From Cycas panzhihuaensis (taxonomy: Eukaryota; Plantae; Cycadophyta): a stretch of 64,000 bases of DNA. Below, one piece after another: positions 18,294 through 32,587 of the stretch (its first letter is position 1; each line of letters opens with the position of its first letter). The translations under genes and the position numbers were made by a program. The notes beneath the pieces were generated by a model, which worked only from the letters and a program-made list of their open reading frames with translations, ran no database searches and had not been told where the DNA came from. The stretch is taken from contig CM041465.1 of the NCBI GenBank assembly GCA_023213395.1, forward strand, positions 71,679,741 through 71,743,740, given 5' to 3'.

Positions 18294-21200
18294 TGTTAGA
18301 ATATTAATGCACATTTGTTTTTGTCCCACATGCAAGTAGGTCTCACTCTCTCTATATTGACATGTATTATAAATACACAACATTCTGTATCATATTATGT
18401 CTCTTGTAACATATTATAAGAATGTTTTTGTTAATTCGATTTGAGGTACCTTAAGGGTACCGTTTGATCATGGAGGTGTTTGGTTCTATTTGTGAATATC
18501 TTATTGCAGGTTCTATTTTCCAACATGGTATCAGAGCAAGGTGTTGTTGGTGAAACCCTAATTCTGTTGGTACGTGAAGAGGTGGCTCCGTAGAGCCGTT
18601 GCTACCTAGTACGTTTGTTTGATAATGTTTGTTCCTCTTGAATGGCTGTTGAACCTATAGAAGCACTGGGATTGTGTGGAGGTGTCTTTGATGCCCTTAA
18701 TTGAGCTGTGGAAGAGTGCAGAAACCCTAGAAAGTCAGTTCCAGAGCCGTAAAATCATTAATACATCATATCATAAGGTATACTCAGTATATTTATTACC
18801 CGCTTGAATTTAGGGTTTGAATAATATATTTGATCACCCACACCCGTATATGTATAATATAAATGTTACATGATAATCATTATCGCTCGTTGGAATGTAT
18901 TCATGCACAAATATTTGATATATCAATATTTGTGATATATGATTTGTTTATTGATATAACTATCTGCATAATAATGCTTGCATCAGTATATTAGCTCTCT
19001 GATATATTAGTATCGCCCTCTGTTATTGTATTTGCATATACCCTGCATATATGTTTCAATTACCCTGTAGAGAATGATACTGCAACCTATGTAATAGTAT
19101 GAAGTCGCTCGGTTTACGGTGATAGCTATACAATTTTACTGTCATTATGATGAAATAGTGAGAGATTGAATCCTCTCCGTTAGGCCATTATTATCGTTGC
19201 TTGATAATATTCGATGATCGCCTTTGTGTAATATTTTTTTACTCGCTAAGATATCACTACAGTCTGAGTGTTGACATACGCTGCGTGATGTTGGAGTTAC
19301 CTGCGTCACCTGCATGTGTATTTTTCAGTCGTCTGCATGATGTATTTTAGTATGAATTCATATACCCAGTCGTGTGATATTATGGGACATATGCTGCATA
19401 TTGCTACATTAATATGATTCGCTACAATTCCGTACGCAAGTTTGCAGCTGCCAGTCTATATAAATGCAGTTCACCCAATATATCTACGACAGTGTGTTTT
19501 ACTACACTTTATTATATATATTATATATATACATATACAAAGTTGCCCGTTGACGCACATTTCAATTCATTCGCATAACAACGTTCAATGGGTGGTCGTA
19601 ATAGAAGGTGAAGTGTCGTCACTGCACTTCAAAGCAAGCGCAACAATTTGTATTTTTCAGCTTCTACAAGGTCGTATCCAAACTCGGTACCATACAGAGA
19701 GTCTGCGCTAATGATGGGTAAACAGATTGAAGGATTTTCATGTTTGCTCCTGCGTTGTCATCCTTTTCCTTGATTGTCTATGAAGCATAATTACCAGTTG
19801 TCTTGATTCAATTGACATTCAGATTTGCCATGTTAATAAGTGGGATATCTTGTGGTAGTGTGGTGGTTTCATGACAATTAAAGCTCAAGGTTTCATGGAG
19901 CTACATTAGAGATAGGGTTAGAAGTTTGCATTGATTGCATGTTGGTATTAGCAAGTGAACTTTTTTTGTATTGGAGAGAACTGTTTTGGAGCATTGCAAT
20001 GTATTTGTGTGTTATTCATTAATAAAGGGGTTATTTAATAATTGTTATATGAGTTGATTGGTGATAAGAGATACATTTGCACATTGGCTACATTGATTAA
20101 GAAATGTGGGAATATTTGTCAATATTTTTAAGCATGTGATTTGCAATCAGACGTATAAAGATCGAATTGGTTCCTTTTAGCAGTTTTTGGCTTGTTGTGC
20201 GTTGAGTGGTAATTAGTTTTTCCACATTGGGAGATTGATTGGACTACCGTGTGAAGGAAATTTGCTTGATAAAAATTGGTTTTGGGTTTATTGTTTGATA
20301 TTCTTTAAGCTATGGAAAAGTTGGTAACCTTTAATTGAAATAATTTCAACGAATGGTCAAGGTTATGGTTCCCACTAATCAAGAAAGGGGTTGAGAGTGC
20401 AAGAGAAGGGTAATAAGAGGGCATGTTCATGGGTGATTGTTATCAAAGTAATGATGATCACAAATTGATAGGAAAGCGAGCTATTTGTTGAAGATACCTG
20501 AGTTGCAGGTAAGCAACACTTGTTGAGTGGTGTAGTGGCATGAGTTATGTTTTGGGCAATTAAGTGAAGTGTGTGTCTTGGCAATTTAATGGTGACATGT
20601 GGCATATATGATCATTGTGAGATTTATGAGGCATTGATTTGGTGAAGTGAGTGTTTTAGATTCTATGTGACTGTTTATGAGAAATGGGCAAGGTGATGAT
20701 GTGACGATGAATTCAGTGATATGAGGGACATGAGACATGAGAAAGTTTGTTGAGATTGATGGGTGAATTTGTTGATTGAAAAAGGGATATTGTTTAGAGG
20801 TACATTTACAATCATGGAGAAAAATGATGTGGTTATGTATGTTTAAGAAACAAATGAATATTACTTAAGGGATTTGTTTCTTCTAATACCTAAGTGTAAT
20901 GGAGAAGACCACTTCTTTTGGACAATTAAAATGAGATGTTTTTTCATAGCTAGAGGTTTATGGAAGATTGTTACTGATGGATATGATATACTTAAGGGTG
21001 AAGAATAAAAGGAAATGCTTGAGAAAAAAGACAGAAAGACATTCATTATGATTCGTGCTACATTCAACGAGGTTGATCTTCCTTCTGCATACCATTTTGT
21101 CATTCCTAAGATTCTACATGTAAGTACTGCTAAAGAAGCGTGAAATTTTTTAAAGGAAGTATTTGAACAAACTCCTGAATAGACACAACGAATGATTGGA

Positions 21201-22175
21201 AAGGCAATTAAGGTCAATTATGGTTATGGTACAAGTACAATGAATGAAGAAAATATCAACAACGCTGATGAAATGACATGTCAAAATGAAGAACGTATGA
21301 GTACTGATGAAATTTCTACTGAACGTAAATAAACAATGGTTGAATGCATTGATGAAACTATAACTATTGATAAAGATGTTGAAAGTGATCAATCGATAAA
21401 GGTTTATTTAGATGACACTATTATTTCAAGAGAAAGTGAATGTGAATCTGATAATCCCATAAAGGATGAGTCTTGTAATGATTCAGGTCTAAATGATGCC
21501 CCTACTTTGAGCTTTGATTTAATTTCAAAGAGTATGCTAGTTGATCAAGATTATGCTCCAAAGATTGAAGAAATCACTGTTGTATATGGTGATCAAGAAC
21601 TTATACAGGATAATGATGACAAGCAAGTTATGTTTGAAGATGGTTACTTACAAGATCTACATCGGAATCAGACTAGACCAACCACAATGAAGAATCATGG
21701 TTTGCACTTGCTAGAGCTGCTACATCAACATCATCACTACATGATTGAAGATGGAAATTAAGATGAGGACATCATCTTACAAAGGCATCAATACAGAATT
21801 GAAGGCAAAAATCAAGATGAAGACATCATTCTACATCAAAGACATCACTATAAGATTGAAGACAAAGATCAAGTTGAAGATATCATCTTCAAGACATTTT
21901 CAAGGACAAAGCATTGCAAATACAAATGACCCAAATGTGCATTAAGGGGGAGTGTTGGAATATTAATGCACATTTGGTTTTGTCCCACATGCAAGTGGGT
22001 CCCACTCTCTCTATATTGACATGTATTATAAATATACAAGATTGTGTATCATATTGTAATATATTGTAAGGATGTTTTTGTTAATTCAATTTGAGGTACC
22101 TTAAGGGTATTGTTCGATCATGGAGGTGTTTGGTTCTGTTCGCGAATATCTTATTGCAAGTTCTATTTTCCAACA
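18294..22175 (+). mobile_element. Element E: 3.9-kb gag-only (TR-GAG-like) element, related to C, inserted in the 5' UTR of D
   Basis: LTRs 18294-18525 and 21953-22175. Perfect PBS TGGTATCAGAGC at 18526. PPT AAGGGGGAG. Perfect TSD TGACC. Confidence 0.95.
20814..21929 (+). pseudogene. Copia-type gag N-terminal region plus acidic tail and RNase-H-terminal-like motif of E, with in-frame stops
   Basis: MEKNDVVMYV*...PKCNGEDHFFWTIKMRCFFIARGLWKIVTDGY...AKEA*NFLKEVF is a Copia gag pattern. The frame ends DQVEDIIFKTFSRTKHCKYK. Confidence 0.8.
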
Positions 22176-24749
22176 TGACCCTCTATCAATTGATCGATCA
22201 AGATTATATAGAAAATTTGAGATTTTAATTATTAAACATTAAATAAATCAATGGAAAAATAACACGAATAATGGGTTTTTACAAATCCGCAAGGGTAACT
22301 GAGCTTCAAAGGATAAGATCTTGCAAACGGGCTAACAAAATCTCGATCTGTCTTCGCCACTACCAAGAGAACTCAATGAGGATCGAAACAAATAGTCATA
22401 TGCTAGGGTTTTGATCGTCTAACAGAGAGCAAGAGTTAGTTGAAGTCAAGGTCACCTTATTAAACCTGAAACTGAAAGTAAAATCCAATGAAATTAATAA
22501 AAAAATCCTTGAGTTCTAATTAAAGCTCCTCCAAATCATTATCAGCATGTACACAATAAAAAAAGCTGTAAAAATTTATGAGTTAATGGTTCAAACAAAT
22601 CACACGGGCCGTGTATGTACACACACAAGTCGCATAAATGTAGAGCATATAAAAATCAAGTTACAAACTATAAATGAAGTAATGTTGATAAAAAATATTT
22701 CGACTAAGAGATATGCAAGCCAACGATGTAGACAGTCACTAAGCCAACTACGTAGGAGCATGAAGCCCTGCAGACATGGAGAGCACACAGAGAGGACGAA
22801 TGATGGCAGCGAAGTATATACTCAATGATGTACTACACCTAATAATCAAACACACACACGCGCACACACACACATACACATATATGCAAGAGGGCATTCA
22901 ATGCATGCAATGAGCTCCAAGGCAAGATGACAACTCGCATAAGCTCTAAACTATGTTATTTCATTTGGTTTCGTGGATTGAATTAATCAAATATACTCAA
23001 TAAACCTGCAATAAAGGTAAGTATAAATCAAAGGTATATTAACATGCTAATCCTTGTAGATAAACGAGGCTCTAATACCAGTTGATGGAGTGAGGGCAGA
23101 GCAGAATAGGAAGCTATAATGCCATTGCAAAATAATAACAAAACATTAACAAAAATTCCATATAATGTTGGCAGTGTTAAGAAACACCTTTGGGACATGA
23201 GGCCTATTTAAGTAGTCAAGGCATTGGGGTTGCCCAATGTTTAACGATGTTTGGTGTTAAAAAAACACCATTAAAATATTAGGTGAGTGGGTCGACTAGG
23301 GTGGTTAGAGTCGGCTCCACACCACCCAATGCAGACACACTTTTTAGATTTCTAATAAATGAACATTATCCAACAATGTTCTCCTACACTCTCTCACTTA
23401 TGATCTATAAATAAGTGGTTGAGGTAGTGTACTGAATATTGAGTGAAGATGAAGTCTATTATGATATTATTGTTGTGGAGTCATTGTGATGTAATCACTT
23501 TCATTATGAGTTAATACTATCATACTATGTTCATGATATTTGCTCTATTGTTCTTGAATATTAAATGATCTCTTTGAATATTTCAACATGGTATCAAAGC
23601 AGGTTGCTTACCTAGCATAATGATTTGTAGGTTCACTATGTTTTAATGTAGGAGGAGGTGGCTCTGTAGAGCCTATTACCAGATTGTGGTTCTGCTTGAA
23701 GAGGGTGAAATCCCAAGGGCATCAATATTTCAAAGTGTACCAAGCATTTATGCAAGACAAAATTATTGCAGATAATATTGTTCCTTTATTGTGTTATGTG
23801 AAGATAGATATGGGCCAAGGTGTATCTTGTGATGAAATTAGTTGATATAAATTTATGAAATTGGTGATGAGATGAAATTATTTTTATGAATCTGAATTGT
23901 TGGTTGAAATATTGACTCTGTACCTACAATAGTTTTGGTTTGTGTTGGAAATCGTTGAGAATTAGGCTGGTGAATTTAGAGTTAGTTCCCAAAGTTTATG
24001 CAAATTGTTTCTCTGGAAAATCCTGCCATAGCTGCTGCATAATTTTACCTATCATAAAGGAATGAATTATGTTTATATGGCTCTACGACAAAAAGATAAT
24101 CAGTCATCATAAATTATAGCACATAAGAAATGATATTGCTTGCCAAGTTGCATGGAATACAGAGTCATTTGTTCAGCTGTGAGAAGCCATGCGTAAGATA
24201 AGGAAGATTTGTCTATAGCCGAAGCTCACCACAGAATAGAAATCTCTATGTAGATATATAAACAATTGTGCATGAAGAGACAATCCAGTCCATAGATGCC
24301 CAAAACTGCCATGGAGTCTGTCCGCCTCTTGCATTAAGTGATATTGAGTGAAGCTTGTTACTATGAAGCATGGTTGGCACTATGGGAAGAGTACCCTGCA
24401 AAACCCTAAATGCAATATAGATTTCTATTGATTCTTGCCACGTATTCTCTGTGTTGGGTTGCATTGGATTCGTTCCTTATGATCGCGTATTTTGGTGTAA
24501 TTTTGACTGATTTTTGCTTGTTATTTTGGTGGTTTGTTGGACTGGATTTCGTGGTTTGGCCTAAAGGGCATCATCTGAAGCTCCAACAAGCCCTAATGGA
24601 AGGCCCCCGTGTAGGTATTGAATTGCATAGGACCATGCTTCTTTAATCACAAGCTTGTGGTGTCTGAGGAGCCTAGGAGTAGTGGTGGATTTGGCCATGA
24701 GGAGCGCTTCGATTGCCCTCAGTAGCATGACTTACATCTTTCTCTAGTA

Positions 24750-25320
24750 GACAGAGGAACTTGAGTAGGAGTCCTCACTGAAGTTTGAGCAAGAGCTGGA
24801 GTAGAAGCCCTCATCACAGTTTGAGAAAAAGCAAGACCCTGAGTAGAAGGTTTTCAAAAGGCCTAAGCCCTATCATAGAGAAAGGATCATTGCCACCCCT
24901 AAATCAGAGTCAAAGTGCAGCAAGAAGTCCTAGTCCAAAGAGCTCACCCAAACGTGTTAGGAGGGGTCATGGTTTCAGTCAATGCTGTTCTTATGCCTGT
25001 TGCTATCATACCCCTTCCCTAGAGTGTTCTCCCTCTAGATCTCATTGTTTTAGTGAAAGAAGCATTTTAGAAAGGGACTGTGATAGATATATAAGATAAA
25101 GGAGTTATCCTAATCACTCTTCACCAAGATGTTATAGTAACTCACAAAGAGGCAGGACTCCTCCAAGGTACAAGAGAAGCCAGAGTTGCAGCTTAAGTTA
25201 CAACCCAATTGCCTATTGCAATCGTAGGAGGAATCACATTGTAAGTTTTTAGAGCGATGCTCTAAGTAGATCTAGAAGCCCTAGTAGGAGCTTGCAGAGG
25301 AATTTGAGCACCTGCCACAT
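24750..25320 (+). pseudogene. Captured fragment of an SR-rich cyclophilin (CYP63/CYP95-like RS domain) inside element C; may extend upstream to ~24570
   Basis: RSPSPKSSPKRVRRGHGFSQCCSYACCYHTPSLECSP...DRY...RGRTPPRYKRS matches my recollection of the plant CYP95/63 motif [30 protein letters not shown]...RGRTPPRY. Arg>Cys/His/stop changes are typical of CpG decay. Confidence 0.8.
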
Positions 25321-28300
25321 AACCAACTATAGAGTGTGAAATACTCGTAGAGGAGAAAATAAGCGCCTGCAAGTTATTCAAAGTAGGCATATGAGGAGAC
25401 CAGACAAGTAATAACACCCTTCAACTTCCAAACCTTCAAGAATTTGGAGCCGCATCATGGGTATGCCACGATCAGGGATTTGAATCAGAAAACTTGTTAA
25501 GACCTGCGAAAGAGACATCTATTGTCGTGGTTGAGGTTATCATTACTAGAAACCTCCAAGATCTAGAGATCATGTGCTGCTGATCAAATATCAAGCTATA
25601 CTATCAAACAATAAACAAGCAAACTAAGAGCAAAACAACAATAAATCAAAGTGCACGGGTGAATTAGTCACAATGTGAGGCTCAATTTAGGTAGAGCTTC
25701 CATATATAATTAAAAATCATGTACAAAAGAATGATGTAGGGCTTAATTTATAAGCAACCCGCCAATATTTCCAATAATACAATTCGCTGACTAAGCAGCA
25801 CATATGGCGGACCTGACCTAATTATCAAACATAATTAATTTAACAATGTGGGTTGCCTTAGGGTGCAAAATACACATGATGTACATAAAATTAACATATA
25901 TTACAAAGAAATGAAGGTGATATTACAAAGTTTTAACACCCTCCCTTAATAACAACTTAATTTTTTTAATGTCAAGGTCATGTCGAAACTACTCAAACTT
26001 TAGTTTACCAAGTGCTTTAATGAAGATGTTCGCAACATGGTCCTCAGTTGGTTAGTAGATGAGATCAACTTCTTCGTTTTGAACATGCTCACAAATGAAG
26101 TGATGATGGACCTCAATGTGCTTGGTTCTGGCATGAAATACAAAATTCTTCATCATCTTCAACACACTTTGATTGTCATAATAAAGGATGGTTGGTGCAT
26201 GTTGTTGAAGTCCAAGCTCAATGGAAATCCTTCTAAACCAAATTAAATCTTTTGTGGCATGGACAACTGCTTTGTATTCTGCTTTGGTGGAAGAAATGGT
26301 AACATTTAGCTACTTCTTACAGCTTCATGAGATTACAGTTGAGTTCATGTCAAAGCAATATCCTAAAGTTGAATGGTAAGTGTCTTCGCAACCTACCCAA
26401 TCTGCATCTATGTGTCCCTTCAGGATAGGGGAGTCAGTTTGGTTGTATTCAAGATCAAACTGATGTGTGTCATGAATATATTTGAAGATCTTGATTATGG
26501 CTTTCCAACATGATGCTTTAGGTTGTAACATGTACCTGGAGTAGATCCCTACTACATATGATATGTCCAGTCGAGTGTGGGTGAGATAAATGAGACTCTT
26601 AATTAATTGCCAATACAAAATAGGATCAAAAGACTTTTCTTGTTCATCTAGGTTCGACTTGGTTCTTATCTCTATAGGAATTGGCATTGGCTTGCATTTT
26701 GTCATCCTGAATCTTCCCAAGAGCTCATTAGCATATTTTATTTGAGCCAGGAATGTGTGTCATAGTTTTTGCCAAACTTCAATTCCAAGAAAGTAATGGA
26801 GCAACCCAAAATTTATCATCTTAAAGTTGCTTTTCAATTTTGACTGAAGCCAAGTAATGTCTTCTGTGTTATTTCCAGTAATTGCAAAATCGTCCACATA
26901 GAGAACAATGATTGTGATCAAGTTATCTCTAACCCAAATGTAGAGGACTAGGTTAGAGGGTGAACGATTGAATACATGCAGTGTGAGAAAGGCATCAATT
27001 TTCGTACAACAAGCACGTGATGCCTACTTGAGTCCATATAGAGCTTTCTTGAGTTTACAGACTAAGTATTCTTGGCCTGAAACAATATAGCTAGGGGTTG
27101 CTTCAAAAAAACCTCTTCTTTGAGCTCTATATTGAGGAAAGCACTATTCACATCCATCTAGTAAATAGGTCAATTGAATTGGGTTGCTAGGGACATAACC
27201 AAATGGAATATGGTCATGTTGGCTACCGGTGCAAAGGTCTCATTATAGTCAATCCCCTCCTGTTGTTTGAAACATTTTGCTATAAAGCAAACTTTGTGAT
27301 GCTCGATGGTGCTATCTACATGGAATTTTGTCTTGTATAGTCATCTACAATTAATTGCCTTTTTTCTATGTAGCAATATGTCAGCTCCCAAGTGTTATTT
27401 TTTATAATGGAGTTCATCTCTTCATCCATAGTTGTTTTCCACGTTTGGTCTTTGACTGCCTCCTCAAACGTAGAAGGCTCAGGTGTTTCTAGGACATATG
27501 CCATTAAGGCAAAATTTATGGAGCGTCTCATTTTTTAAGGCCTTTTAGCAATTGTGGGAGGAGGAGGAACATCCTTGAATAGCTATTATATCCACTTAAG
27601 AGGTGGTTGAATACTAGTAGCTTCCGCTTGAAGGTCATCAATTGAAATAGGTGTCAAGGTTGTGCTTGCTTATGTTATTGATGTGGAGGTTGTTGGAATT
27701 GATGAAGGACCTAGAGTGTAGGAGGAGGTTGGTACTGGTGACTCTAGAATTTGTCCAAGAAGCACTTATGATACGCCAACTTCATCTGTTGCTATAAACT
27801 AAGTTTGGGATAGAGTTAGGTCCTGTGTATCCTCTGTAAATATTACGTCTTAAGTTGTGTAGGCTTGGTTCCCAACAATGTCAAATACTTTGTAGGCTTT
27901 GCAACTAGGTCCATAGTCAATGAAGATGCATTTCAGGCTTTTATCATCAAACTTCTTTCTGTTTTCCTTTAGAACAAGTTTATATGATGTACATCCAAAA
28001 ATCTTCAAGTGTGCAACAATTGGTTTTTGTTCTAACCAAGCTTCCTCAAGAGTGATATTACTAACCGCAACTATGAGAATTATGTTGGTTAGATATGTAG
28101 TTGTGGCAATTACATTAGCCCAAAATTTGGTGACTAGATTAGTGGCACTAAGCATGGCTTTTCCTTTGTTCACCAATGTATGGTTCATCTTTTTGGCTAC
28201 ATTGTTTTGTTGTAATGTGCTAGGTGCTGAAAATTGACATTGCATGCCATGTTCCTTGCAGAAATTGTTGAATTGATTGAAAAATATTCACCACCATTAT

Positions 28301-28712
28301 CTGATATGAGGGTCTTGATTATTATACCATTTTCATTTTCAATAGCAACTTTCAACTCTTTGAATTTATCTAGGGCTTGGTACTTGTTTCTCAAGAAGTA
28401 GACCCGCATTTTCTTTGCGAAGTTATCTATGAAAATCATGAAATATAAGCTCCCATTGAGTGATTAGACTGCCATGGGCCCATAGATGTTTTAGTGGACC
28501 AATTCTAATGGTTGTGAAGCTCTCCATGCATTCTTGGAAGAGAATTTTTCTCTTTGTTACTTTCCCTTTAGGCATGCCTCACATATGCTATTGTATCTCT
28601 TAATTTTAGGTAAACCATGTACCATTTGAAGCCTAGACAGAAGGTCCAGGCTTTGTATATTTAAATGACCAAGGCATCAATGCCATAATTGGGTTTTGGA
28701 GTTGTTTGAAGT

Positions 28713-31700
28713 TGTGAGAGTTTGTGTATATGTAGATTGCAGGTTGATTATCTATCCAACCAGAGGCCGAGACTATTACACGCTAGGATCATTCACAAGG
28801 GGGCTTGAACACCAGATATATCATGGAAAACTCTCGAGAGAGAAAACCCACCAACACAATGTTTTAATATATTAAACGTAAAACAATACAAAGTGTTTTA
28901 GAGATGAGATGGAGCACGAAAAGATTGTTGAGATCACATGATCTTGAGTTGGTGATTTAAATATTAAGGAGGTATGAATATATATACCCCAAAGTGGTAC
29001 CACGTAAGGTCATATCTTTTCATCATGTCTTTTCGCCAATGAACATGTCCGTTCATCACACCTGCACACACTAATTAACCCTAATGAAGCATTAAGTTAT
29101 AGTTAACCTAAGTTAACTATTGCTAACTTCCCCCCTTAATGCGAATAGTGGATGAAGCAAAAACAAATGCTCCATTAGTCAAGAGATCTGTCCTTGTAGA
29201 CTGATCCCCCTCAAGGATGATCTTGCTGAGTGTTGATTGGTGACGTTTATCTAACAACTTTATGAATTGATTCACAACCCGATTAGTGGTCAAAGAAGAT
29301 TCAACTTGAAGTTTGTTTTCATAAAACACCTCTTGAACAATTGCCTGGTATCTCACTTCTGATGTTGATATTTGATCTTTCAGGTACTCTTCCCCCAAAT
29401 TAAGAGCTTCTTCCATAGGTCGTAATATTCCATCAACCGAAGATGAGTCCAAATCGAACACAGGGTATGTACCATTAGCACAATTCAACTAGCATGATTG
29501 TTTATCCTGTCCTTTCTTAACGACCTCAGAGGTTTGCGCCTGATATGATCTCCCCAAGTCTAGGTTAAGAAACGAAGACTGAATATTATTTTGATATAAC
29601 TCTCCACCAAGTGTAGTTGCTATATTTGAAGTTTTTATTAGCTTCTGATCAATGGATGCAATCGTCGTCTCAGGGTCAATAATATAGAAGGGATATTTCC
29701 ATGTAAAGAGTCATTTTCCTTCTCCATAGCCGCTTTCCAGGAATGATTCATTTGCCATAATGAATCAGGAACATGGGAGTGAATGACTTTCATCATTTGA
29801 AGTTGACTAGTAGTTCAAGTTTTAATCAACCTTTCTATTACATCCTCAGTTACGGCCAACAATGACTTAGAGGAGGTTGTCGTTTCCTCAATGAGTAACT
29901 GATGTTTTTCATTACCTTTTACTTTATCTTCCTCTTGGAGCTCAACCTTTACAAGATTAGGAGATGTCGTGAAGGGAGGGTAACAAACCTCTGTTAACAA
30001 AGGCTTACCAAACTAGTATGTCGATGCTTCATTGATTTTTATATCCTGACAACGAAGGAACTTCTACATCACCAGATCCCACTGTCTATGAATGTTTCCA
30101 TAATATCTCACAAAAGCGCTTTTGCGACTATGGTCAGATTCCTTCATTTGTTTGTTAGAGATTAGTGCATTTTCGATACACCCTAAAATTTTTTCAATGG
30201 AAGGCTTCTGACTGGTCCATTTTTCCTGTGGCATCACACTTCAAACTATAGAGATTGGAATCCAGTTCACAATGTGAACAACAGTTCTCACAGTTTTTGT
30301 CCTGAAGTTGAATGGGATATGTTGCATTTGCACCTTACACAACGCCATGTCAATCAAGGTATCATCTTTTTGTGTGGCAACTCCATCATGTGGGATTAAC
30401 TCAATACCTTGATTAGAACATGACTTAGAAATGTAATTGTTGTTAGCTTTTCCACGATTACTCCTTAATAAATTTACTTGATTTTCACATAGTTTTTCAT
30501 CTATCACTTTATCTTTTACATCTGACTTATCTTTAGGAGAGCATACCCAAGTATCCTAAGCAGAACAAAGATTTTGATTCATTCTAGTCATATACTGCAG
30601 TTTCTCGAGACAACCATCTTTTCTCGTGGATTTGCTTTCAAAGATTTTTGGTCGGTACCACATCAGCATTATCGAGTATGACGTTCGTCTGGCCAAGATC
30701 TTGGTTCAACACATCAAAACTCTGCTTTTTAGGAGAGATATGTTGTGCACTTGAGTTAGTTGATACTCGCACACAAAATGCTGCAAATTTCTCCTTTCCA
30801 TTGGTCTGCCTTAACTTATTTTTCCTTATCCAACAATCCTTTTTTCTGTGGCCAATCTTTTGTTAGTAGGTACATGAACCAATATATTTATTATTCTTCC
30901 CTTTATTGGTAACCTCTTCATGTGAATGTTTATCCCTATCTTCATCCTCATTCTTTTGAACTTTCGAGGATAGGGCATGACTAGTATCAGTTGAACCCAC
31001 AAACCCGTAATGTTTGGGCTTAGTTTCCTCTACAAAAAATAGTTCCTTCAGCGTTTGAAATGAGGTAACTTGCAACATCTCGCCAATGCTATACACGGTC
31101 TAAAAGGTGTTGTAAGCTGTTGACAACTTGTTCATAACGATTGCGAATAGGATTTTATCGCTAATCAAGTCTTCTTCAATTCCCTCGAGGTTATTCCTGA
31201 TACGTGCCAACTTATTCAAGTAGGTGTTGATGTTCCTCTCATCCTCAATGCAGGAATTGAACAATTCATCCAATAAGACGACTGAATAGTTTGTCTTCTT
31301 TTGTTTAAACATATCACAAAGAGTTTGCCAAATGTCGTGTGACATATTCAATTTGTAGACGAGTGCTCTTTGATTTGGAGCAAGCGAGAGCTTCAGTAGA
31401 CCGGTGGCATGAAGCTACTTTCTCCATGTGAGTTTATCTGGCACAACATCAGGTTCCCCTTCCTTTTTCTTGGGTGGTGTCTCGCTAGTTAGGTCCCACA
31501 GCTTCTAGACCATCAGTACAAGTTCTATGTTGGACTTCCACTCCTCGAAGTTAGTGCCGTCAAAGATTACTTGCGGCAATTGGGTCGTCTTGGGATCCAT
31601 ATTTGCAAATACTCTGATTCCTCTTCCACTTGATTACTGATCACGACAATAAGTCTTGTTAACATTGTTTTAATATTATACGAAGTTTAATTCACAGATT

Positions 31701-32551
31701 CATATATCACTTTACTGAGATTAGTATGGCGTGTTCTCTGTAAGCAATATGCCTTTTTAACATCAATTAAAGAAATAATATTTTAAACGATGCCTTTTTA
31801 ACACTCCAAATTCTTTGATGAAAGCAATATACTCTTATACACGGACGTCATGTATCTTTGGGCCGATCCCGGATAAAATTACTTCGAATAAAAGTAATAA
31901 AAACTCTTTAAAATAGAGTAAATCACTTTATCAAAGGCTTTAAGGGCCAATTATTAAACTTAGAATATTCAATAGAATATTCTTATTCAATTGTATGCCT
32001 TCAAACTTTCGTATGAAATTCTTACATCTGCATGCATCATATCAAATTATTACACCCGCGTGCGTCAAAGAGTCGATTATTTAATCAAACTATATATCAA
32101 ATATGATATATATATCAATTAAATCAATCGGTTAAATTTATATGTTTGCAGAAAAATGACAATAGCTCTGCGTGTGACTTGATTAGACTATAAATCGAAT
32201 CAACTCAGTTGTAATATTATCAACTGATGTGATTTTACAAATTAAACGACAACTGTGTGATTAAATATGGAAACATCGGTGCCTCTACATACACAGTTGT
32301 TTTGGACTTCCGTATAGTTATTACTAGCCTACGTCCGTGAAAAATAAGATCAATATTGATCTTCTGCCTTCAGACTTTATCATATGCTTTCGTTGCTACG
32401 TTTTTAACATTTGTTTTTGCGTACTACGATGGTGATTGCCAATCACAAGTTGAAGTGATCAATCTCCAATACGATAGCTTGTTTAATAATTTATTTATGC
32501 CATTTGGGCACTGTATGGCTTAGGTGTTTTATTGAAATATTAATATATCTC

Positions 32552-32587
<36 letters not shown>

